Below are positions 12,031 to 20,276 of a stretch of 64,000 nt of DNA, piece after piece (the stretch's first letter is position 1; each line of letters begins with the position of its first letter). The stretch lies in assembly GCA_963733195.1 (NCBI GenBank), contig CAVTCR010000062.1, positions 378,266 through 442,265 of the forward strand, in the 5' to 3' direction. The notes below the pieces were generated by a model that was given only the letters and a program-made list of their open reading frames with translations, was not told where the DNA came from and did not search any database. This stretch comes from an uncultured delta proteobacterium. Lineage in GTDB: Bacteria > Desulfobacterota > Binatia > Bin18. The translations under genes and the position numbers were made by a program.

Positions 12031-12928
12031 ATGCGTAGTTTACATGAACTTCCGCGATTTCGTGACCGTTGGAGCTACCTCTACCTGGAAAAAGGACGGA
12101 TGGAGGTAGACGGCAGTGGCCTGAAGTTTTCCAAAAGGGACCGAGACGGACGATATTCCAGTCCCCATCGATCAACTGGCTGTTATCATGCTCGGTCCAG
12201 GAACGACCGATTACCCACGCCGCAGTACAGATCACTCGCTCAGAACAACTGTTTACTCACCTGGACAGGCGAACAAGGGGTCCGTCTATATGCCGCCAAT
12301 ACGGGCGGGACCTTCAGTGCACGACGAATCATCCGCCAGGCTGCTTTAGTAAGCGATGAGCGGTCTCGCATCGACGTTGCCAAGCGGATGTATCAGTTTC
12401 GTTTTGCCGAGCCGCTGCCCGGAAGATGCACTCACTTGAAGTCATTCGCGGCATGGAAGGCATTCGCGTGCGCAAGGTATATGCCGAAATTGCCGACACA
12501 ATGTTTGGCGTAGAATGGAAAGGTCGGAATTATGATCAAACTGAGCTGGTCGTAACGCTGACCCGATCAATCGTGCACTATCCACTGCGACAGCATGTCT
12601 CTATGGCCTTTGTCACGCGGCCATCCTCTCGGCAGGGTATTCCCACGCTTTAGGGTTCATTCATACCGGGAAGATGTTGAGCTTCGTCTACGACATCGCC
12701 GACCTGTACAAAACTGAAATCGTGATTCCTCTCGCCTTTCGCATCGTGAGCCAGAAGCCAGAAGATCTTAGAGCGTACAGTTCGACTTGCATGTCGTGAT
12801 GCCTTTGCCGATTCACGGCTTAATGAACCGCATACTGCCTGATATCGCGGAGGTGCTTCATGCTGGTGATGATAGTCGAGAGAGTATCGACGAGTTTAAG
12901 GAACGACATTGTCACGTTGGCTCATTGA
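12031..12928 (+). CDS. cas1: Type I-E Cas1 integrase (frameshifted)
   Basis: [64 protein letters not shown]. Confidence 0.93.
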
Positions 12929-13177
12929 GCCAAGTACGGGAGTCTTCGTTGGGAATCCCAGTGCGCGAATTCGTGACGAATTGTGGAAGAAAGTCCTTGA
13001 TGAACGCCCCCGAAGGAAGCGGCCTTACAGATTTGGTCAGCGCAAACACCCGCAAGGATTCGCGTACCGGCAACATAACCCGGCGCCATACGAGAACTAG
13101 TAATTATTGAGGGCATCAACGCTCGTCCGAACTATTAACAAAGAGATATTTCCTCAATCGAAAGGAAGAAACAGTAA
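12860..13177 (+). CDS. cas2: Type I-E Cas2 (frameshifted; end approximate)
   Basis: MLVMIVERV..., [26 protein letters not shown]. Confidence 0.88.
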
Positions 13178-13224
13178 ATTCCTTGTGACGCAAAGTTTCA
13201 GAACGTTTGTTTGCAGTTTCCAGA

Positions 13225-13810
13225 GTCTTCCCCACACGCGTGGGGGTGAACCGACACTGCGCTGGCATTGCAGATGTACTACAAGATGTCTTCCCCACAC
13301 GCGTGGGGGTGAACCGTGTCCGTCAGTCCTGCTAGTCGGCTTCGCTATCTGTCTTCCCCACACACGTGGGGGTGAACCGACGCCGGAGTGGGCGCGGAAA
13401 ACTGGCGCGGAAGTCTTCCCCACACACGTGGGGGTGAACCGACACTGATCGGGCTTCTATTGGCGAGGAGCGCAGTCTTCCCCACACACGTGGGGGTGAA
13501 CCGTCTTTAAGGCACATGTTCCGAACGACATTCCTGTCTTCCCCACACACGTGGGGGTGAACCGGCCGCACTCACCAGCCTGTCCGCTAGCGCCAGTCTT
13601 CCCCACACACGTGGGGGTGAACCGTCCAAGCGACTAATATCGTCGATGTCACGCTGGTCTTCCCCACGCACGTGGGGGTGAACCGCACTATCGTAGATCG
13701 GCACGGAACACGTTGACGAGTCTTCCCCACGCACGTGGGGGTGAACCGGCGACAGTAGGATGTCAGTATCAGAGATGTTTCGTCTTCCCCACGCACGTGG
13801 GGGTGAACCA
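13225..13810 (+). CRISPR. Type I-E CRISPR array: 10 repeats (29 bp, GTCTTCCCCACACGCGTGGGGGTGAACCG) and 9 spacers (31-34 bp)
   Basis: Repeats start at 13225, 13288, 13351, 13413, 13475, 13536, 13596, 13657, 13720, 13782; last repeat degenerate (ends ...AACCA). Confidence 0.98.
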
Positions 13811-13818
13811 TCAGTGAT

Positions 13819-13854
13819 AAAACTTTCCTTGTGATGCCGAAAGGCGTTGAGCAC
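13819..13854 (+). repeat. Solitary CRISPR-like repeat A, type I-B/Myxan-like
   Basis: ...CCTTGTGATGCCGAAAGGCGTTGAGCAC; 3' part matches the recalled Myxococcus/Leptospira/cyanobacterial I-B repeat family. Confidence 0.7.
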
Positions 13855-14001
13855 GAGGGATAAGTTTCTCGCTCCTGGTTTCTAGTTTCGATTTTCAGAT
13901 CGGCGTGAGCTTCTTTGAAATGTCGTGGACATCTGGATCTCTTATACCTTCGTGTGCACGGCGCACGCTACAGGATTGGTGAGCGGGGCTTTTTCTATTG
14001 A

Positions 14002-14401
14002 CTAATAGTCGTCCACTTGCAGATTCGGAATTCTGGAAGTGTCGGAGGTTTCGGGTAATAACAGTGTCGTTATCCACTAACGCTTGGGGGCCAATCAGCA
14101 GGTCCATAGTCGCAACCGTGTATCGTTGTCGCTTCAGCTCGGAAAGGATTTCCCCGTAAACCGGCGCAAAGCGTTCGTCGGGGTACACCACTTCGAACTG
14201 TTCACAAATGCGCCGTACCCTGTGGCGCTCCTCAGGGTCCTGAGAAAGTGCTACGCCAGCTTCAAGCTCGCACACCACAAAGACACTCAGTCGAACAGGA
14301 GAGTTTCCCAACTGTTGAAGCTTTTTATGCACGCGTCCTGTAACGCTACAACGCTGTTCTCGAAGGAGGTCTATAACAAAAGTAGTATCAAAGAAACTCA
14401 T
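14002..14401 (-). CDS. vapC: PIN-domain toxin VapC (C-terminal frameshift; likely ends ...IPNLQVDDY)
   Basis: FFDTTFVIDLLR, ELEAG, DLLI, TRNLRHF. Confidence 0.88.
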
Positions 14402-14631
14402 AGCCGCAGGATGCGTGCTGAATGCCGACGGCGCTCTTTGACCTGCATCTCGATCTCGTCGAGGCTTTCCTCTGTCAAGGTGAGGGAAGGCAATGCGCGT
14501 AAAAGCGCTGCGGCAGTTTTGTGCTTCCCAAAATGTTTCTTGATGACTGTCGAGAATGATTGTCCAGGTCGCTTTTGGCGAGACAAGATCTCATACGCAT
14601 CCATGTCGATAGTAATAGTCTTGACTGCCAT
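14398..14631 (-). CDS. VapB-type antitoxin (DUF217-like)
   Basis: MAVKTITIDMDAYEILSRQKRPGQSFSTVIK; ATGA overlap with vapC. Confidence 0.85.
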   Translation of the reverse strand: MAVKTITIDMDAYEILSRQKRPGQSFSTVIKKHFGKHKTAAALLRALPSLTLTEESLDEIEMQVKERRRHSARILRL

Positions 14632-14677
14632 GCGCTGAGCGTACACTGATTTTGGCCCGAAAACAACGATTATTCCT

Positions 14678-14713
14678 CGATGTCCCTTTGTGATGCCGAA
14701 AGACGTTGAGCAC
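14678..14713 (+). repeat. Solitary CRISPR-like repeat B, type I-B/Myxan-like
   Basis: ...CCCTTTGTGATGCCGAAAGACGTTGAGCAC; 23/24 identical to the core of repeat A. Confidence 0.7.
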
Positions 14714-14875
14714 TTCAGACAGAGACGAGAGATAAAGACAGAGTTGAAAGCTAGATCTGTTATCGTGCGCCTAATGAATGCTATGGAATTAGTGGACGAT
14801 GCCCACCCTACTGACTGTAGGTTCTCTAATTCATTTGTGGATTATACCGTTCATGCGTCGACTGCACCCTGCGGG

Positions 14876-14951
14876 TGGAGTTTATCCTGAGCCAGGTCGA
14901 AGGACTCAGCACGAACGGACCGCGAAAGCCGCTCGTCTTGAGCGGAGCGAA
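14876..14951. repeat. REP-like pair (GGAGTTTATCCTGAGC..GTCGAAGGACTCAG and degenerate GCTCGTCTTGAGCGGAGCGAA)
   Basis: Similarity to elements at 1591, 22770 and 51205. Confidence 0.6.
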
Positions 14952-15053
14952 GACGTGCCCGTACCCAAGAACGGCGAGGTCGTGGTTGAACAGAACAGAG
15001 GATGACTCCGTCTAATAGAAACAAACTCGCCTTCTGCTTGGGGGAAACTTGAT

Positions 15054-17372
15054 ATGAGTCTATCTCGCAGTGTCATCGTTGGCACGGTCATCTTGGTTGT
15101 TACTTTTGTTGCTCATGCCGAAGAAACCACGCAAAAGGTGGTCCCTTCCTCGGCACAACCGGTTAACAAATCAACGGAAGCGCAAATCTTCGAGAAGATC
15201 CTGGCTCAATATAACAATCTGACCTACGACCAACTCAAGGCGGAGCTAAAACCTCGCCAGTATTTAGACAAGTTATCCTTCGATCCCGCCACGGTGAAGT
15301 ATTTCGACAGAGCTGCCTCAGGATTAAAACTGAATGACCAAGAACGAGCGATCTTCAAACGCAACGGTTTTGTCTCTGTCGATCATGATCAACGCTACAG
15401 TTTTGCATCAGCCTACTACGCAATTTACACAAGAGATTTGCCTGTCCTGATCACGACTGACTCTATTCTTCATGCAATGCATCGCTCCTACGATCAGATC
15501 TTGCTCGAACTGGAGATGACCTTTTTTTCCTACACGATTGAGGAAGTCCTCACTGCTTGCCACGAAGAACTCTCTCGACTCGCAGAGCAGAATCGCAATC
15601 CTGTCCTTGTGGATCACTATCGCGATGTCGACCTCTATCTAACCGTTGCACGTAACCTTCTTGCTGGAGCAGGCGCTGACGTATCTGCTCCACCAGACCC
15701 CAGCGGAGAGCAGGAAATGGATGAATGGAAAGGATACCTACTCGTTACGTCGAAAATGGAGCAAGATGCCAAGGTCTTAGAGATTCTTAGCCCCGTCCGT
15801 TCATTAACGCTGCAAACACCAGGGCTTCCGCTCACAACCATTTATGGCGGTGAGCGTTCCATTGATTACTCACAGTTTCGTCCTCGTGGTCATTACACTA
15901 AGGCGACAATCTTAAAGCGATATTTCCGTACTATGATGTGGATCGGACGGGCAGATTGTGGTTGGAATATCAACTCGGATCGCGAACTCGGAAACGCTGT
16001 CCTGTTGGTTGAATTGCTCACAAAAACCAACAGCATCAAACGGATTCAAACGCTTGATGACCTTATCACCTTCATGGTCGGCAGAAGTGATAACCTGCGC
16101 ATCTTTGACTTGCTCAGGATCATGCAGGATCACCAGCTCACCACACTCGGAGACATTACGAATGTAGCCACGCGAGAGCTACTCAAAAAGGCGATTGCGT
16201 CAGGAGCGTATGGCCAACAACGGATTCGCTCTCAGGTTATGAAGTCTTTCCCTGACGTGCCAGAGAAGGTCGCACCTCCACAGATTTTCCAGTTATTCGG
16301 TCAGCGCCTTGTCATCGACTCGTTCCTGTTATCGCAGGTCGTCTTCGATTCCATCGTCTATCAAGGAAAGAAGGTTCAGCGCTTTATGCCTACAGGGCTC
16401 GATGTCATGGCTGCGTTGGGGAACACCGAAACCATTCCGCTCCTGGCTGCTGAGCTGACACAGTATCCGTACAGTGCGAACCTGAAGGCAGGCCAAGTGT
16501 TTGTGGGTCTCTATGATCCCGACTTTTGGCGCGAGAATCTGTATAACATCTGGCTCGACGCATTACGCATACTTGACGATGACATGACGCAACAAAAGCA
16601 CTTTCCCCAAATTATGCGTACTCAGACATGGCAGATGAAACAACTACAAACACAGCTGGCCTCTTGGGCTGAGCTACGTCACGATACGATTTTGTATGCA
16701 AAGCAATCCTATACTGCCTTCGCGGTGTGCGAGTACCCAACCGGGTACGTGGAACCCTACCCTCACCTTTATGCCAAGGTAAAAGATTTTGCCAAAGAAA
16801 CAGTGCGGCTTTTGGAGAAAATCGACTTTTCTTCTCCCAATGCCCAGAAATACGGCGAACTAGGCCTAATGAAAATGCGACAGCTCGCTTTCCTAAACAC
16901 GATGACGGGTCACCTTGGTCAACTTGAAAAATTAGCGCAAAAGGAACTCATGGCCCAACCATTCACTTCTGAGGAGCAACTGTTTCTGAAGAAGACGATT
17001 GATGCCCGCGGGGGGGGAAGTGGCGGACCCAATTATGACGGTTGGTACTGTGATCTTTTCTATGGAGGTGAGTATGCGGCGATGAAATGGGACCCCACCA
17101 TCGCTGACGTACATACGGACCCGAATAGTGGGCAAGTCTTAGAAGTGGGCGTTGGGGATGCCAATTTTCTGGTTGCCGCGATTGACAACGAAGAGGATCA
17201 TCTGGTCTATGTCGGCCCGATGTTCTCGTATTACGAATTCACACAACCAGCAAGTAAACGCCTTACCGATGAAGAATGGCAGAATAAGATCTCTAACAAC
17301 ATGTTGCCACCACGACCAACATGGACTTCTTCATTCCAAGGACCTCGGCAGAAACGCGAGGCCGGACGGTGA
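15054..17372 (+). CDS. DUF3160 domain-containing secreted protein
   Basis: Signal peptide; LPVLITTDSILH, DYSQFRPRGHYT, LASWAELRHDTILYAKQSY, GYVEPYP, IADVHTD, GPMFSYYEF, RLTDEEW. Confidence 0.92.
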   Translation: MSLSRSVIVGTVILVVTFVAHAEETTQKVVPSSAQPVNKSTEAQIFEKILAQYNNLTYDQLKAELKPRQYLDKLSFDPATVKYFDRAASGLKLNDQERAIFKRNGFVSVDHDQRYSFASAYYAIYTRDLPVLITTDSILHAMHRSYDQILLELEMTFFSYTIEEVLTACHEELSRLAEQNRNPVLVDHYRDVDLYLTVARNLLAGAGADVSAPPDPSGEQEMDEWKGYLLVTSKMEQDAKVLEILSPVRSLTLQTPGLPLTTIYGGERSIDYSQFRPRGHYTKATILKRYFRTMMWIGRADCGWNINSDRELGNAVLLVELLTKTNSIKRIQTLDDLITFMVGRSDNLRIFDLLRIMQDHQLTTLGDITNVATRELLKKAIASGAYGQQRIRSQVMKSFPDVPEKVAPPQIFQLFGQRLVIDSFLLSQVVFDSIVYQGKKVQRFMPTGLDVMAALGNTETIPLLAAELTQYPYSANLKAGQVFVGLYDPDFWRENLYNIWLDALRILDDDMTQQKHFPQIMRTQTWQMKQLQTQLASWAELRHDTILYAKQSYTAFAVCEYPTGYVEPYPHLYAKVKDFAKETVRLLEKIDFSSPNAQKYGELGLMKMRQLAFLNTMTGHLGQLEKLAQKELMAQPFTSEEQLFLKKTIDARGGGSGGPNYDGWYCDLFYGGEYAAMKWDPTIADVHTDPNSGQVLEVGVGDANFLVAAIDNEEDHLVYVGPMFSYYEFTQPASKRLTDEEWQNKISNNMLPPRPTWTSSFQGPRQKREAGR

Positions 17373-17387
17373 ATCGTCCGAAGTTCC

Positions 17388-17419
17388 GTAGGTTGTGCAG
17401 AAGCGAAGCGTTGCCCAAC
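17388..17419. repeat. GTAG-type REP element
   Basis: GTAGGTTGTGCAGAAGCGAAGCGTTGCCCAAC imperfect hairpin. Confidence 0.55.
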
Positions 17420-17594
17420 AATCAGTAGCGCATGGGGTTTGGCACGAGCAGTTCAATCTACGGAGATCATTCTCCATCTCTCTTCATGTCTCCCTCGCAC
17501 GTCGAGGACTAAGAGTCGAGAATAGTCTTCAGTGCGTGGTTCCGCTCCCCCCTCCACCAGTTATTCGCGTGTGGATATCGCGCGTTAGCTCTCA

Positions 17595-18544
17595 GAGGCT
17601 CTCCGGAAACCTTTATGCAGCCGCAGCATAGCGAAATTCACGCTGGGCCGATGGAGCAAGTTTGCGCAGCATCAAGTGAATGTTGCTCAGTTGGATCATG
17701 GCAGCGGCAGATTCTGGCTTGCGCTCATAGTCCTTGCGGTTGCGTCGCGCCCGGCCATTCCACGCCTTCGTGCGCTCCACCACCCAGCGTTTACGTACAG
17801 GCGTAACCCCCGTGCTGCCTGCTGGCCGGGCCTTCCCCTCGATTCTCCAGCCCGGCCGCTTCTTCGTCAGCCACTCTTCGAGCGCCTGATGGTGATACTT
17901 GGTATCGCCAAAGATCGTCGGCAGGCGGGGACCGTCTGGCACGCTGATTTGCGCAAGTACCATTGCCGCCGCGACCCCCTCATCGACCTGTGCCCTCGTA
18001 ATCACGACAGCCATGAGTAACCCCAGGGTATCCACCAGCAAATGCCGCGTGCGACCCTTGATTTTCTTCCCCCCGTCATAACCGCGTTCCTTGCCGCCGA
18101 TCTCGGTGGTCTTCACCGATTGACTCTCGATGCACGCGGCACTGGGAGTGGACTCCCGCCCCGCTTCCCGACGCACCCGCTCCCGCAAGGCCGTCAGAAT
18201 CTTGCTCCCAGTTCCCTCCTCGCGCCACTGCGCAAAATAGTCATAGCCGCTACTTTTGGCCAGCAAGTCCTGCGGCCGCCTCTCCCCTTGGCAGCCACTG
18301 CGGTTCAGATACAAGAGCGTGTTGAGTACCTCGCGCCTGTCGAGTTCCCGGGGGCGGCCTCCCCGAGTGTAGCGGGGGGCGGGAATCAGAGGTTCTATGA
18401 TTGCCCATTGAGCATCCGTGAGATCCGAAGGATACGCCTTCCGCTTTTCATGCTCCTCCGCCATCCTTGCTCCCTCCTATGCTTGCTCAATGTTGCCCTC
18501 CCTCTTACCACATCTTTTGCCAAAATCAGTTTCCGGAGAGCCTC
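17595..18544 (-). mobile_element. IS5-family (IS1031-like) insertion sequence
   Basis: Perfect inverted repeats GAGGCTCTCCGGAAAC / GTTTCCGGAGAGCCTC; flanks TCA and TAA (TNA-type). Confidence 0.9.
17613..18464 (-). CDS. IS5 family transposase (degenerate residues)
   Basis: YPSDLTDAQW, GYDGGKKIKGR.RHLLVDTLG, KRWVVERT; canonical IDSQS appears as IESQS. Confidence 0.9.
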   Translation of the reverse strand: MAEEHEKRKAYPSDLTDAQWAIIEPLIPAPRYTRGGRPRELDRREVLNTLLYLNRSGCQGERRPQDLLAKSSGYDYFAQWREEGTGSKILTALRERVRREAGRESTPSAACIESQSVKTTEIGGKERGYDGGKKIKGRTRHLLVDTLGLLMAVVITRAQVDEGVAAAMVLAQISVPDGPRLPTIFGDTKYHHQALEEWLTKKRPGWRIEGKARPAGSTGVTPVRKRWVVERTKAWNGRARRNRKDYERKPESAAAMIQLSNIHLMLRKLAPSAQREFRYAAAA

Positions 18545-18875
18545 TAACATGCGTGCCGTGAGCGCTTGCGATTCGAGCAGCATGGTTGCAAGCGCTCTCG
18601 TGCTGTCCGCCACGACTTGCGCGATCCGCTCCTGTCCTTGCGCGATCCGCTCCTGTCCCCTGTGCAATCTGCTCTTGCCCTTGGGCGATTCGTTCTTGTC
18701 CCTGCTGGAGCCGTTCCTGTCCTTTGCTGATCTCACTCAATGCCACGATGGTTGCCTGGTTCTGTCGTTCTTGTCGCTCGGACGATTGTTGTAGCCACGC
18801 AACAAGCTGGGCATTCCCTTCACGCATTTCGGCTGCGAGCGTCAGAATTGCCTCAGTTGTACTAGTTCGTGCCAT
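18545..18875 (-). CDS. Small coiled-coil protein with GQERIAQ heptad repeats, 3' end cut by IS5
   Basis: About five 21-bp tandem units at ~18620-18725; AAAGGA RBS upstream. Confidence 0.6.
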
Positions 18876-18939
18876 GTACGTTGTTCCTTTCTAATAAGAG
18901 ATTTTTAGCGCGTGACATTGTCGTGGGCAATCTCTTTTT

Positions 18940-18972
18940 AGGCGTTGAGCACTTCAGACAGAGGCGAGCGAT
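18940..18972 (+). repeat. Partial I-B-like repeat C plus 20 nt shared with the sequence after repeat B
   Basis: AGGCGTTGAGCACTTCAGACAGAGGCGAGCGAT vs 14701-14733 AGACGTTGAGCACTTCAGACAGAGACGAGAGAT (30/33 identical). Confidence 0.75.
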
Positions 18973-19112
18973 CAAATCGTGCATGTAACTCTTTTCCTAC
19001 CTCGTTACCATCTATCCTAAAGTAGTCCCTCCTGGGCTCGATACTTCCCAAAGCAGTCACCAAACATCTCCGTATCGTTTTGCTTGGTGGAGTACGGAAA
19101 AGGGGGAATTTC

Positions 19113-19961
19113 ATGCAACGTCTCTTCGCTTTTGCGGTCACTACTACACTGTGGTTGTCCACATCGTGGGCGCTAGCCGAGTTTTCCACATCGATTATGA
19201 AACCGACACCAGTAGATGCCAATGGCGTCATTAGTGCACCGTTCCCTAGCGGTGGGCAAAGCACCTTGTATTATTTTTCTGTTGAGGCGCAACCTGGTGA
19301 TCTCCTCACGCAGATCTCTTATCAAGGACGGGCCAGAGCGGATAAACAGTTAGAACTGTCGCTGATCAACGAGAATGGTAAGCAAGGCAACTCGTACTGG
19401 ATTCATGGGTCTGATCCCATAGCAGAGGGAACTCGGAGCTTTCCTATCGACAAAAAAGGACGGCAGATAGTTCGCCTCGCTGTGCGAGGCCCTGAAACAG
19501 GGCAATTTCGAGTCGAGTTAGGTGGAACTGCTGTCAGTGGCGCGACACCCAAAAGTCCGCAACTTCACAATGGGTTTTCTCGCTCTATCTTCATACCTAC
19601 TCAGGTTGGCAATGATGGCGTAATTAGCGGTTCACTACCTGGAACTGAGGCACCAGCCGTCTACTATTTCGTCGTCAACGCTAAGGCAGGAGAGCTGCTC
19701 ACACAAATTTCTTACGAAGGGCGTGACGGAGCCCATAAAGAACTCACCCTGCGACTGCTAGGACCTGATGCGCGAAGTGCCCAATGGTACTGGATTCACG
19801 GTTCTGATCCCAAGAAGAATCAACTCGTAGTTTCCCAATCGATTCGGCCGGGCGCAAGGTGTTTTGTATCGAGGTTGCTGGACCGGCAACCGGAACCTTC
19901 CGTGTTGAGTTGGGAGGCTCTGCTTTCGTCAGTAATAATGCAGATAAGAAAGCGCCAGTGA
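19113..19961 (+). CDS. Secreted hypothetical protein with two tandem beta-rich domains (C-terminal frameshift)
   Basis: Signal peptide; repeated PT.V...GVIS, YYF.V.A..G.LLTQISY.GR, YWIHGSDP. Confidence 0.7.
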   Translation: MQRLFAFAVTTTLWLSTSWALAEFSTSIMKPTPVDANGVISAPFPSGGQSTLYYFSVEAQPGDLLTQISYQGRARADKQLELSLINENGKQGNSYWIHGSDPIAEGTRSFPIDKKGRQIVRLAVRGPETGQFRVELGGTAVSGATPKSPQLHNGFSRSIFIPTQVGNDGVISGSLPGTEAPAVYYFVVNAKAGELLTQISYEGRDGAHKELTLRLLGPDARSAQWYWIHGSDPKKNQLVVSQSIRPGARCFVSRLLDRQPEPSVLSWEALLSSVIMQIRKRQ

Positions 19962-20276
19962 CGACGAGTCAGGCAGCACGTTAGTAGTCGGTCAAACGAT
20001 TCTGGTGAGTACGAGTCTGACCGACAGCCTCCTCTTTCACATCAGTGCGCAACCATAGAATCGTCGGGTCGAGATTGTCATTGATACCTGCGATCGCACA
20101 GCCAATGCGGGCAAGTAAGCGAGACGACAAGACATGGATCCGAAGACCGGACCGTCGTCCTTGCTCATTATCTCTCCAGTCTAACCTGCCCTTTGATAGA
20201 AGAGGGAACCTTAAATCCATCATTGAGAACACGAGAGCTTTTGGCTATTGTGCCCCCGGAAAAGGGAGGTCTTGTC

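Noticed and set aside
11749-12513. Apparent in-frame Cas6e-Cas1 fusion
   Set aside because: cas1 has its own GAGGTG RBS and ATG at 12031, and the region is full of indels, so a lost stop is the simpler explanation. Needs reads to confirm.
13254-13781. Self-targeting spacers
   Set aside because: No match noticed by eye within the window; an exhaustive search could not be run, so nothing is claimed.
13107-13854. ORFs overlapping the CRISPR array
   Set aside because: Spurious translations of repeats and spacers.
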